A stretch of DNA of 62,014 bases, the filler included, from Choristocarpus tenellus KU-1152 (lineage: Eukaryota; Protista; Phaeophyceae): the NCBI GenBank assembly GCA_964200185.2. It is 10 parts of 10 records of this genome, joined end to end, with 100 filler letters (N's around TTAATTAATTAA, not from the genome) between each part and the next. Parts side by side here need not be neighbours in the genome. Positions count along the whole stretch, not along the records: positions 1 to 16,775 come from CAXNAD020000776.1; positions 16,876 to 21,046 come from CAXNAD020015862.1; positions 21,147 to 25,160 come from CAXNAD020016664.1; positions 25,261 to 30,098 come from CAXNAD020012858.1; 6 more parts are not named here. One strand, written 5' to 3'. Below are positions 14,001 through 25,613 of the stretch, piece after piece (within the stretch, counting starts at the first letter, position 1; the number at the start of each line of letters is the position of its first letter). A model generated the notes under the pieces. It ran no database searches. It was not told the DNA's origin and saw only the letters and a program-made list of their open reading frames with translations. Both the position numbers and the translations under genes were made by a program.

Positions 14001-16571
14001 ACATCAATGAATACATCAATAAATATACCGATGAATATACCGATGAATACATCAATGAATACATCAATAAATATACCGATGAATATACCAATGAATACAT
14101 CAATGAATACATCAATAAATATACCGATGAATATACCAATGAATACATCAATGAATACATCAATGAATACATCAATGAATACATCAACGAATATACAGAT
14201 GAATATGCCAATGAATACATCAATGAATACATCAATGAATATACCAATGAATACATCCTTGAACCATTCCTCACGCTTCAACACTTGAGCATTCAATGAG
14301 TCCACAGTTTGAAGGCACTGATTGCTACTACCCTCTCTCACTTCCTCCTGTCCCTCATTGTTCATGTCCTAGCTGATCACCCTGCTTTATGTGTACCCTT
14401 TTCCTACATGTATATCAAACAGGATGGTTACAACATGACTTGTCATCCAGCAAGTCTTGGACCTAAGGGTAAACGTCAATTGTTTCTGTGCCAAGGGTGG
14501 GATGGAACAAATCCAGTTGTTGGTACATTTGATGGACATATTTACAGGTACAGGGTCTGGAACACATCATATTCACCATAATAATAATAATCACCATCAT
14601 CACCACCATCATCATAACCACCACGAGATATGCCCTTGTTGAATTGTAGCATTGACTTGCTGCAATGTAGTATCCACCTCATGTCTTTCTGGTCATCAAG
14701 TGTGCAAATAGCTATCCTTGGCCTTTCACCATTAGACAGACCGACAAGCACACCACCACCACACTCTTGCTTCCTACTGCATCCATCCTGTTTCTCTCTT
14801 CAGATTTCTGGGTAGGCGTCTGGAGTCAGTGGTAAAAGCTCATGCTGCTGAGGTTAGTTATGCTGTTGTACAGTCTCATTGGACTCGCATCAAACACCCA
14901 CTCTGCACAAAGTACAACCAATGTTGATCAGTTACATACTTTCCACTTAATAACATCACAACTTTGAGCAAGGCAATCAATCGGTCTTCACCCCACATAT
15001 CTGGAGCACTTGGCATGCATGCACAGTATCTTCCACAGTCACAGTACTTCAGGTTTCAAATAAATCTAATATTAGAACCCCAAGAGTTGGAACCACAGAG
15101 AACATGTTTGAAATTGTTGTATCGGGTAAGCACCTGCATCCAATTTACAGCAAACAGTCAATTTTCAGCAAGAAACACTGCTGACAAAATGTTGTTCTCC
15201 TCTTGTTGCTGTGATCAGGTGTTCACAATGTCTAGTAGTGGAGAAGGCATAGTAACTGGAGGTGCAGATGGCTTTGTGAAGGTGTGCTGGACCAGAATCA
15301 AACCAAACTTGATTATGATCCTTGCGCTTGAGATATTGGTATGAGATATATGCAGCAAATGTGGAAGGGAGGCCTTGAGGATCAATCCCTGTCACTTTAT
15401 AGAGTTGATGACTGTGTTGCTTCACTAACGAATGCACCCATGTATCTGCACTGATTGTTTCACTATTAATATGTCAATAATATGGTAATATATTAATCAT
15501 GTGATCATATGTCTATAATAATATGGTAATATGGTAATAATAATATGGTAATATGTCTATTATAATATGGTAATATGTTCATAATAATGTGGTAATGTGT
15601 TCATAATGATATGGTGCTGGACTCTCAAAAAGGTGCAGTATCCAATAATTACAGCAGTTATAGGACTTTTTTTGAAATATTTTCTACAGAGTATTGCCTT
15701 CTGTGACTTACAGGTCTGGATACATAATCTCCAGCTCAAGCATCAAATCAACATGGCTGAGTCTTCGACCAACCCTGCCATTCGCAGTCTATGCTGGGAC
15801 ACCCAAAGAGATGTCATTCTTGTGGGGACGGCAGGCAAGGTTTTGAGCTACATCTGTGACATTTGAAACACTTCACAAAACACAACTACAAGCAGGAAAC
15901 TCCTTTGTTCAAGGTTGATTGTCCAGTCAGGAGGTACTAACCAACCCCTCGATTCTTGGACAACATTCAGGCAACGAGCTTTTTGAGCTGAATGCTACGA
16001 GTGGAGAGAATGTTCATGGGGAGGGTAAAGTGCTCTTGCAGGGTCACGCAGGTCGGGAGCTTTGGGGACTGGCATGCAATCCTTCTGTGACAGAGTTCTG
16101 CACGGTGGGGGAAGACAAGGAGATTCGCATATGGGACGTCTACTCCAAGAGGTTGTCATGACCTTCAATTGACACTTCCTTACAAGCCATGTGACAAGTC
16201 ATAGTCATTTCCTGTTGCAGGCATCGTATATAGCTGCAATTGGTCAATTTGACAGCTACGTAGTATCCTGAGAAAGAATTTTCTCAAATCCTTGACTTGT
16301 CCAGAACTGCTTGCCCATATGAATTGGTTGAGTGCACTGAACAGTGTGTCCGTGAGAGATGGGGGACAAGTGTACATTTTGGTGGTTGTTCCAACTTAGT
16401 ATGTTTTATTATGCCAGGTGCTTGAGGTCCCACAAGCTGGAGATGCCTTCTCGAGCAGTGGCGTATTCACCAGATGCTTCAAAGATTGTGGTGGGGTTTG
16501 GCATACCCATCAGGGAAAATAGTAAGCAATTCGATGGGAAATGGATCGTCCTCCAGGAAGAAGATTTTCAG
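1405..16571 (+). CDS. EML6: Echinoderm microtubule-associated protein-like (EML5/EML6-type, multiple HELP-WD40 TAPE units); partial, both ends outside the contig
   Basis: 23 phase-consistent exons: 1405-1606, 1839-2013, 2642-2804, 3097-3297, 3586-3711, 3959-4104, 4912-5023, 5194-5282, 5484-5572, 5809-5933, 6591-6856, 7569-7645, 8975-9045, 9271-9401, 9950-10070, 12685-12866, 13451-13547, 14423-14547, 14804-14852, 15219-15281, 15714-15834, 15971-16151, 16418-16571. Motifs: HELP motif LDWVHGYRGHDCR; EML motifs VSHLDFSSDSQYLQ, WETQTCVFGWPLQGAW, LVTTDSFGRLKLFQYP, LLQGHAGRELWGLACNP; many WD repeats. The paralog label (5 vs 6) is nominal. Confidence 0.93.
2043..2305 (+). mobile_element. MITE family A copy (~260 bp)
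   Basis: TIRs GAGTCAAAGTATCTTACAGGGTA / TACCCTCTAAGATACTTCCACTC; (C)TCA duplication; lies in an EML intron. Confidence 0.88.
4167..4238. repeat. (ATAC)n microsatellite
   Basis: Direct inspection. Confidence 0.95.
6880..7290. repeat. Degenerate pentanucleotide satellite (TAGTA/TAGTG/TAGGA)n
   Basis: Direct inspection; intronic. Confidence 0.9.
7826..8025 (+). mobile_element. MITE family B copy (~180 bp, poly-G/poly-C subterminal tracts)
   Basis: TIRs GGCTCCTAGTATCTG(G)n / (C)nAGATACTTTGAGTC; ATGA/ATGG flanks. Confidence 0.85.
8467..8717 (+). mobile_element. MITE family A copy
   Basis: Same TIRs and body as 2043-2305; TGT duplication. Confidence 0.88.
13250..13332. repeat. 14-bp minisatellite (TACTAATACTGTAG)n
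   Basis: About 6 units. Confidence 0.9.
13912..14257. repeat. 12-bp minisatellite (ATGAATACATCA)n
   Basis: Direct inspection; intronic. Confidence 0.95.
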
Positions 16572-16775
16572 GCACGTAGGCTGATCTGTGATTCTGTTAG
16601 TCGTTGTATCCTATTGGTAGATCAGCTTAAACCTCTTTTGGAATGTAAGGGGAATCCAAAATCTGCTGCCAGACATCCCCACTCCCATGCCCACAATCAG
16701 CTAAACCCCATCAGGAGAGTGTGTTTGAAGGAGAGGAGACAAAACTCCATTCACAAATCTTAAAATCAAGCCAAG

Positions 16776-16875
16776 NNNNNNNNNNNNNNNNNNNNNNNNN
16801 NNNNNNNNNNNNNNNNNNNTTAATTAATTAANNNNNNNNNNNNNNNNNNNNNNNNNNNNNNNNNNNNNNNNNNNN
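16776..16875. other. Artificial contig-joining linker. Also at 21047-21146, 25161-25260, 30099-30198, 34282-34381, 47577-47676, 52533-52632, 56164-56263, 59363-59462
   Basis: Identical N44-TTAATTAATTAA-N44; the 12-mer puts stops in all six frames. Confidence 0.98.
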
Positions 16876-17102
16876 CCCCCCCGGATACTTTGAGCCAGAC
16901 CCAGTCCCCTTCCCCTTCAAAGAAAAAGAAGAAATTATCTCACCGAGAATGATCAAATGTAGTTTGTAGCCAAGGCCACTTTTGCGCGGTGGGTTGTGGC
17001 TGCTTCAACCTGAGCAGTACTTTCTTCAATCCTCTGTATATAATACCATTCTTTTCAGCCTTGTTGGAGAGGAACCTACTGATCACCTATAATACTTTGT
17101 AC

Positions 17103-17803
17103 TATTATGCCCTCTAACATTTTGCAGATATGTAGGAGAAAAAGTCAAACTGATATCATAAGGACCCCTGTGAAAGTAAAAGTTGTAAATGTGGAAGATA
17201 TCTCTCCAAAATCTATTTACTATTTGAGTACCAGCTATACTACAACACTCCCATAAAAACTCTTAATTATAGTGTGATGTATACACTATGCTTCCAACCT
17301 AGCTTAGCCCTACACAACTGGGCGAGGAGCTAGGGAAGCATCCCAAGAATCTGACAGGCCCCTCCTTGCCCGTCTCCCTAGCGTCTCGAGGTAAAACGGA
17401 TGACACATCTTGAAAGACTCACTTATGTAGTGACTGACGACATCGAAACCATTGATGACGTCAACTTGGTGGTAGCACCATCACTTGTAGGATAACATAC
17501 CGTATCATAATTTACACGACATACATGATATCAAATCCTGTCTACGCCAGATAGTCTCAGTCACAACGCAAGGAGGGGCTTGTTAGATTCTTGGAATGCT
17601 TCCCTAGCTCCTCACCTTGGAGTGTAGGACTAAACTAGGTTGTAGATACAGGAAGGCAGTGGTATAGTGTAGCTTGTAGTAAAATAGTAGATTGATGTCT
17701 TCCACATTTACCACACCGTTACTTTTCTAGGGATTTTTCTGACATGAGATTAGTTTTCATTGTTTTTTCTGGATACATTTGTAAAATGTTAGAGGGCATA
17801 ATA
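17103..17803. mobile_element. ~700-bp foldback (long inverted repeat) non-autonomous element
   Basis: Perfect 21-bp terminal IR TATTATGCCCTCTAACATTTT. The arms stay complementary inward, e.g. 17321-17369 vs 17568-17616 at 45/49. Confidence 0.8.
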
Positions 17804-17822
17804 ATTAAATTCCGATATATTT

Positions 17823-17925
17823 ACAGTCAGTTGTGTACTAAAACGACTATTACGTACCTGTATGTCGTAACAGTCAGTTGTGTAATAAAACGACTATTAC
17901 GTACTTGTATGTCGTAACAGTCAGT
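17823..17925. repeat. ~47-bp tandem duplication upstream of lipin
   Basis: ACAGTCAGTTGTGTA(C/A)TAAAACGACTATTACGTAC(C/T)TGTATGTCGTA x2. Confidence 0.9.
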
Positions 17926-18137
17926 AATAGTATTAGTGGAGTAGTGTGTGGTGGCATTTGGTGTGTGTGACGAAGATTTCCGTCGGTAGCATTCTCTATT
18001 ATTCTCATTGAGTTGTTGAGTATTATACACAACATAGAGGTATGTGAATCTGAGACTCATAGCAGTTTACCAACAACCCTGTTGCTCAACAAGTTTGCAA
18101 GAACGGAAGCACGGTACTGCTGGACAAACGACGAGGA

Positions 18138-21046
18138 ATGAATGTCCTTCGAGGCGCAAAGAACTATGTCACGGGTGCTCTTGGCCTGGGTACATCAGGG
18201 GAGACCAGGTACATGTATCCAGTATGGGTTGATCATGGTGTTCTTGCTGACCCTGTCAGATTGCTTTCTACCGTAGGCGATGCAACTAGCTCCCCTGAAG
18301 AGATTTTCACCACCTGATTTTAAAATTTTAGCCTTCATTACCCTCTACCCTATTCCTCTTTACTCTGCAGTGGTGCGCTGGACGTGATGGTCGTGCAACA
18401 CGAAGACGGAGCCATGTGTTGTACTCCTTTTCACGTTCGTTTCGCGAAGGTGCTCATGGGTGCACAGTGAGGATTGAATGATGTGTCATGGTGCAAGCCC
18501 TGGACTCTTGTTTTCAGCGATTCCTTAGGCAGCTGACCTTCTACTTGCTTTCTCAGGTCTTGGTGACTCGTTCTTGAAGTTGCGTAACCTACCCGAGACG
18601 ATCTGTCAGGGCACTATATGATTGATCTCAAACTCAAATATTAGTCTTTCTTATGGTTTTACTGTCATCCTCTGTCGCTCTGATGCAGATACACCCTATG
18701 AACTCCAAGGAGCGCGTGATCCAGCTCCGCGTCAACGGTCGCACTGTATCTCTGTGCATGAAGGTGATAGGACACCTTTTGCAGACTTGTGTGCTGATGG
18801 GGCAATGCCAAGGATGTAACTACCCAATATAGGGGTATTTTTGGCCCATCTTGGTTTTGCACGTGTTCTCTCTCGCGGAATCCCTTATATCTCACTACTT
18901 TTGTGTCTCTACTGTTGCGTCTGTGCTGTTGTGTCTATAAAGGGACGCAGAGTCGTCAGCCATGAGGCTTGGGTGAGCTGTGCCAGTGCCCCCACCTGTC
19001 TTCTTTCAAGTGCTGTGAATTGAGTAGGGAACTAGACATTTGTGTTTTATATGTCTTAATTCTGTAGGTGACAGCATTCACGGTCATTTCGCTTGAGGCA
19101 GTAAGGAGTTCACAAGTGATGACTTGTTAGAAGCACAGTCAAGGGTGCAAGATCAGCGCTAGCAACAATTCAAAACATAATGAAATCTTATTGCATCCTG
19201 GCACACGCAATTTCCCTATCACGTTTTGATGGTGAAGTCTCGACCGTGAATGTATTTTAGTTGGAAGGGAGTGACAAGGGCATCCACCCTTATGGGACCG
19301 AAGGGATGAGAATTTTCAGGATGTTACTTGCATGGTCTTTTTTTAATCACGAGCAAAGCGGGTGAATCCCTGATGGCAATTTCTTGTACAAAAGAATGCA
19401 CAAAACACCCTGTTACAAGAAAAACCCCCCTCCGTTTCCCCTGTCCTGCCTCTCAATACCCTGTTCAACCCCATTTGGATGTCAGCTTGGTGCAGCTGGT
19501 GAGGCATTCTTTGTTGAACGTGTTCATAACCCCCTTAGAAGGGACCTGGTCACCTCTCCACTGTCCTCTCCTCTGCATGGGGAGGAACCGAAGGAATGGG
19601 ACTCTCCCTCACATGCTTGGCCAGAGTGAGTTTTCATGACCTCTTTAGGAGGCAAAGGGGCTCATGAGGTTTCGAGTCTCCAGTGATTGATACACTTGTC
19701 TCAGTGTTTTTTTCTGCTTTGAACCACCTTGCATTGTATGTATCCCAGTGGGGTAGGGCATGCCATTCTGAAGTGATCCTCCTTCCTCTCATTGACCTTC
19801 TCGATGACATACTTTACTGTCAGGTTGATGGGGAACCAAGCCCTCCTTGTTTTTTTTCTTTTGTGCAAGATATAATGATATAATGATAGTGTGATTATAG
19901 TTGTGTCTCGGTTATTTCCTACTTTTGAACTACATGTCTGCAGGCGTTTCACCCCATGTCCCATGCCTTGTATGGCAGTGGTTATAGTGGTTGTGCCTCT
20001 GTCTCTCTCCCCTAGGGATTGTAGAGTCTCCCCTCCTGCCCTCCCTGACCCCCTTGCCTGGGTATTCTTTACTGCACATGTCTCAATTCTAGCAGAAGGT
20101 TTTATTCCCCTGAGAATCTGGGCACACATGAACTTACCCTGCTTTCATCCTGGTCGTGCTGTGCGAGGTTCTTTATCTTGTAGTGAGGGAAAGTTGTCAA
20201 CACCAAGAGGAGATCAACAACTCACCCTAGATTATGCATGTCATGTTGAGGATCCTGAGAGATGCCATTTCTGAAACGGAAGCCTCTGACAAACCTAATG
20301 ATGCCTGTTTCCGGTACCCCAATGGCCCGCTCCGTCTCCCCCAAACCCCCAATTCTGAGCCGATCTCGTAGTATCTGATGAAAAATCCGTTCATTGTGTC
20401 TGCTGGGTCCAACGCAGTGGTGATACCATTTCCACAAGTACTGCACAATCAGAAATGGAATAAATAATTGGTGTATTCATTATACTAGCACACCACAATG
20501 AGCAAGTACCATACTGTTCAACACAAACTCTCATCATCGTCAACGATTGTCATAGCTAAAAAAATTGTTAGAGAAATGTGAAGTAAAAATGTATCTAGTC
20601 CTCACTTACCCACAAATCCTCATCCCTAATCCTAACCCTAGCCCTAACCCCAAAAACAATGGCGCAAAATAGAGATGGTGGCGGTGACCCGTGGCGGAAC
20701 TATCAGCTCCTGAGTGATCTCTCTAGTGATGATGATGAAGGCCCAGTGCGTTACTCTCGCCATGGTCTTCCTGGTCACTCAGCCTTTGCACCATCTCCAG
20801 ACATCAGGGAGAGCAATGGTAGTGTTGGAAGAGGTGGGGAGTGGGGGGGCCTTGAGGCAGCGACTCTTGAAGGTGAAGCCGAGGCGGATACTGAGGTCGA
20901 TGGTGAAGGGACAGGGTTTGGCGATAGAAGGAAGGCGGGTTATATTGAGAGTGAAGAGAGGAGTCAACATCGGGGTTCAGGTTTTGGGAAAGAAGGGGAG
21001 AGGGAAGGGGGGGGGGAAGGAGGGGCGACAGAGGGCGATGAGGGCG
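18138..21046 (+). CDS. PAH1: Lipin / phosphatidate phosphatase, 5' part (N-LIP domain)
   Basis: Exons 18138-18208 (ATG), 18371-18449, 18689-18763, 19486-19625 and probably 20673 to the gap. They give MNVLRGAKNYVTGALG...SGALDVMVVQHEDGAMCCTPFHVRFAK...RVNGRTVSLCMKLGAAGEAFFVE, the Lipin_N signature, followed by an acidic low-complexity linker. Confidence 0.92.
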
Positions 21047-22700
21047 NNNNNNNNNNNNNNNNNNNNNNNNNNNNNNNNNNNNNNNNNNNNTTAATTAATT
21101 AANNNNNNNNNNNNNNNNNNNNNNNNNNNNNNNNNNNNNNNNNNNNCTAAATTTAATGAATCACTCTACAGACACCAAGCAATCTCGCTGGGTTTATCAC
21201 CTTTACCCTCTTTGATGATTTTGGGTATACTTTAACAGACACCCCTCCCCTCAGATACTTTGACCTTGAAAATACTCTTTATAAAATCAACAACTATGTC
21301 GATATAAAAGCAATAAAATGTACCTGCATCCAGCCCAAGACAGGCCTGTCCAAAGTCTCCAATCCTTCCACACACCCTTTCCACCCTGATCCTCCTCCTT
21401 CAAACCCTCCTCTTTCCCCTCCACTGTTGTGGCTATTTTCATGCGGGGTGTCATGCTCTTCCTCCTGGTGGACCTCGTTTTCAGTGCCAATCGTGGTGTG
21501 GCATGTTTAGATTAGGCTAACTATCCTATAGTAATGCGGCGAAGACTGCACCATTTTGACGACTCTTTTATCATGTTCGATATCATGGCCTTTCCCTTCA
21601 CCTTGATCTAATTCCCCTATTACACCTGCCCCCTTGACAAGACTTGATGAGCACCTAGAGACCTTACCGCATCTCCTGATACATCAAATTGCATTTAGAA
21701 GGTGGTAAATTGCATTGTGCATTAAAGAACGGGGTAACTGAACGATGCGATCGTTTTGAATTCACACAGAGGGAAGAACTGGGTTTTAACAAACATTGAG
21801 AGGCTGTCTACTGTAAGTAATAATATATAGTATCAATTATTATATCATAATAATAGTTTTTTGGTCCAGTAAATGCAAACAGCCATATTGCGATAATAAA
21901 TTTGTGTTCTACGTGACCCAGACCCCATTGGCATCAAAGATCCATTTCGAAACACTCTCAATAGTGGACAAAAAGGATCGAAACTTCTTCAAGTAGTGCC
22001 AAAAAGAGAACGCCAGCAAACCAAATATAACAATCTTCCACCTCAATTAGGCCTTTCTTGTTTCCACCCTATGGCGTTGGAAAAAAAAATCAAGGTCAAA
22101 AATGCCAAAAAATATGCATCGCACGCACTCCCTTTGACACCTGAACGTTGTCCCAGTGACTGGATACCCCATTAATATCCCCCAATCCTAACCCTAACAC
22201 CGATCCAGCAACCTATGAATATGTCCAAAGCACTAGTCCAACAAAAAATTGTTAATTGTCTATGCCTCTGGTTTAACAAAATAGAAAATAGGAAATATTG
22301 TGAATACTACTACTAATAATAAAATAACCAGAACAAGAACAAGAGACTTCGGAATAATTCAAAACTAAAACTAAAACTGGTAAAGGTAAAATAATGATCC
22401 AATACATGTTACTATGGAGTCCTTGATTTGGAAAGAAGTATTTTGTCTGTTTTTGGTTTACCATACAACAACCAGTCCTTAAAAAAACGATACAAGAGTG
22501 ATATTGGGTCAACTGTAAACGAGCTTGCGCAGCATTTCACGCAATACTAGCCCTGCAAATAGTTTTGCTACCTCCTCCCGCTGTCCCTCCATACAAAAGT
22601 AAACACCATCCATCAGATCCACACCACCATATGTCACATTACTAACTTAATAGTTTTTTTTTTACTTCACTCAGACAGATCATTGTATGCAATGATAGTA

Positions 22701-24456
22701 CTTACTCCGTTCGAAATTAACCGTAACACAACTTTTGCAAGCTCCGATCTCACCCACGAAGGACCCTTGTGATAACCCTCCAGGTAAGGCTTGGTTCTCA
22801 TATGGATTGGGAGGCGTGCAGGGTTTGAGATGGTGGGCTGTGATGAGTGTGGAGGATCACCAGCGCAAAGTCAACCAATTCGCATTGGACAGAGTTTTAA
22901 ACCTTGTGGAAATGTCAAAGCGGGTGTTAATTGGAATGCATAGGAGGAACGCCCCATGTTGTTTGAACAGCTCGCCCATCCCGTCGTCACCTGGCGGTCC
23001 CAATTCTTTGAGCCAGAAGTCTGTCTGGGTTCCAGATTCAAACACGCCAATATAGAACAGTTCGGTGGCACAACACCTGGAGGCGAGATGGCACAAGACT
23101 CAAATGCCTCGGGGGACCACGGTGGCCATCACGGAGGAATCTAGAATTTCCTGAATCACCCTGTTCTGTCACCTGATGGAGTATCACAGTCAGGTCACAT
23201 GGGGTGAACGTATGGCCCTTGTACGACATCACAAAGGGCGATATGGCTGCTGTACAAATATCCTCGATATGTGGGATGTCCCATCCGTACACTGCACATC
23301 CTTCCGCAAATGAGTGGGCAAGACTGGGGTCTCCCTTGCCTCGTTGTGGGATCTGTGCAAGCGTGAGAAGGTGAAGAAGGTCAACTGGTGGACTAATCCA
23401 GTCCTCTCAGACCAGCAGGGAGTCAACAGGATGGATTTTGTCATCAGCCACATGCACAGCAGAGGAGGAATTGGGGTAGTAGTGGACGATCTATACGACT
23501 GGGTGGTAAGCATGAGAAGTGGTTTTACATCCTCAAAGAAGGGCAATGTGTGTACCTGCACCCTCAGAGCACCCCACCAAGCCTCCACGGGCACAAGAAA
23601 ATGTTACATTACGTAGGTGATGTTCCTTGCAGCTGTGGTCCGCCCTAGGAAGCTCTCCAACGGGGTGTGCCTCGATAGAAAAATCAGGATCTGGCCAATC
23701 ATGGACACTATGGTCGCTCAGTGCTCCAGTAAACACTAGCCCAAGGGCACCAAGGTGATTGTGCCAGCCATGGTGGACGGGGAGAGGTATAATAAGCTCA
23801 TGATCGAGGATGCTGTTTCGGTAATCAAGGCCCTCATCCCTCTAGGGTGGAAGGACACACCATCTTCGTGCAGCAAGACGGGGCATAGCCACACACCAAG
23901 GGGGGGAACAGGGAGAAAATGGAGGAGGTGGTGGGGGACAGCACTGTCATAGAGACCCAGTCAGCCAACTCACCCGACCTCAACATCAACGACATGAGAT
24001 TCTTTCGTTCCATCCATCAACTGAAGAAGGCGTTGGGGAGACAAAGATAAAGGAACTGGTGGAGCCCACAATGGAGGAGTTCGATGTGTACCCATGGGAG
24101 ACAGTAAAGCACGTCTGGCAGAGCCTCTTCCCAGTCTACAATGAAGTGCTGGGGTGCACAAATGACATCGTCTTTCAAAATTCCCCCTCTTAGCAAGGAA
24201 AAGGCTGAGAAGGCGGGCAAGATTTCCCCCAAATGCCCTGATGGAGCGACGAAAAACTGTGCTATAATGTGTTTGGAGGGCATTGGGGGTGGAATCATAG
24301 ATAGGTCTCGACTGCCCCATTTTGATTGAGGTTTTGATTGGCAGCCTTTCAGTGTCTGCACAAGACGCCCACAAAATATGGATGTGTGTGAAAGAAACCT
24401 TGCTCCTTCATCCGAGGTGCAAAATTTATGTTACATTGAATTCTGAGTGCAGGAAG
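22701..24456 (+). mobile_element. Decayed Tc1/mariner transposon with plant-mariner (Soymar/Stowaway-type) motifs
   Basis: Flanked by TA. Degenerate ~29-bp TIRs (CTTACTCCGTTCGAAATTAACCGTAACAC / ATGTTACATTGAATTCTGAGTGCAGGAAG). Frameshifted transposase motifs: LYDWV..(D>H)EKWFY, KCYIT*VMFLAAVVRP, IFVQQDGA*PH, QSANSPDLNINDMRFFRSI, FKIPPLSKEK. Confidence 0.88.
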
Positions 24457-24816
24457 TACAAATTGGAAAAATATGAGAGCCATCTTCCACAGAAGGTATA
24501 CCCTATCTCGAAGATTCCGATATTCATGACATTTATTCTTGCATGTTGAAGGTAGCATCTGCTTGAAGTAAGATCGGGTGGTTTGAAGGGACCTTGCCAA
24601 CCCCCCCTCATTCACTTACCTCTTGATCATTCCTTTCCTGAGTGATCTTTTTAGGGATTGCTCTCCCTCTTGACTTGTCTCTTTCTTTGCCCTTGCCATT
24701 CTTGTGGATCTTCCCGCTCCCCTTCATACGAATATCCTGTCGGCTTCTTTCCATCTGTTTCACAAAATGTAACATATTTTGTGTTGTGTAGTTCTCAATT
24801 TTACATACTATATTAT

Positions 24817-25160
24817 TTATTATTATGCCCTCTGACATTTTGCACATGTGTCAGGGGGGAAACCAATGAATACTATACTTATGTCAGTATTAGCCCTAAA
24901 GAAAAAAATATCCTAAACATAAGAAAACTGTAAAACATTTAAAGTCTGGAAACCACTACTCTATTTTATTATTATGCCCTCTGACATTTTGCAGATGTGT
25001 CAGGGGGGAAACTAATGAAAACTATATATATTATATTATTATGCCCTCTGACATTTTTCAGATGTGTCAGGGGGGAAACTAATGAAAACTATATATATTA
25101 TATTATTATGCCCTCTGACATTTTTCAGATGTGTCAGGGGAAAACCAATGAAAACTATGT
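24817..25160. repeat. ~62-bp tandem repeat
   Basis: 4 units TATTATTATGCCCTCTGACATTTT(G/T)CAGATGTGTCAGGGGGAAAC(T/C)AATGAAAACTAT; homologous to the foldback terminus at 17103. Confidence 0.85.
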
Positions 25161-25260
25161 NNNNNNNNNNNNNNNNNNNNNNNNNNNNNNNNNNNNNNNN
25201 NNNNTTAATTAATTAANNNNNNNNNNNNNNNNNNNNNNNNNNNNNNNNNNNNNNNNNNNN

Positions 25261-25333
25261 TTACATCGAAATCGCAACATTGGATTTTGACCCCCAAATG
25301 GACGCGGCTCTACCCTCTAGGATACTTTGACTC
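25261..25333 (-). mobile_element. MITE family A, partial (contig start)
   Basis: Ends TACCCTCTAGGATACTTTGACTC. Confidence 0.8.
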
Positions 25334-25339
25334 ATATTT

Positions 25340-25520
25340 GACTCAAAGTATGTCGGAGGGGGTGGCGGCCGTACATTCGGTGCTCATATTACCTTGTCAC
25401 GATCCTTGGGTGATTTCGTTGCATTCTTCTGATGGATAACGTAAGTGCAGTTCTCCTGGTTAGGGTCCGAATAGACACCCTGGTATAGACCCCCCTCTTC
25501 CCCCCCAGATAAATGTGCAC
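25340..25520 (+). mobile_element. MITE family B copy (diverged)
   Basis: GACTCAAAGTATG start; homologous body; ATTT/ATTC flanks. Confidence 0.8.
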
Positions 25521-25613
25521 ATTCTCAGTAGTGGAAGCTGATCTACTGACATTACTGACTCATTTATCTTGTTTGGTACCCTGCATGCTTGCTTCAAACC
25601 GTACTCCCACTAG

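Noticed and set aside
13849-14365. Repetitive ORFs (YSLM/MNTS/VFID)n
   Set aside because: Translations of an intronic 12-bp minisatellite.
16820-16831. Recurrent TTAATTAATTAA motif
   Set aside because: Assembly linker, not biological.
24817-25160. CRISPR-like repeat array
   Set aside because: The spacers are not unique, there are no cas genes, the context is eukaryotic, and the unit matches a TE terminus.
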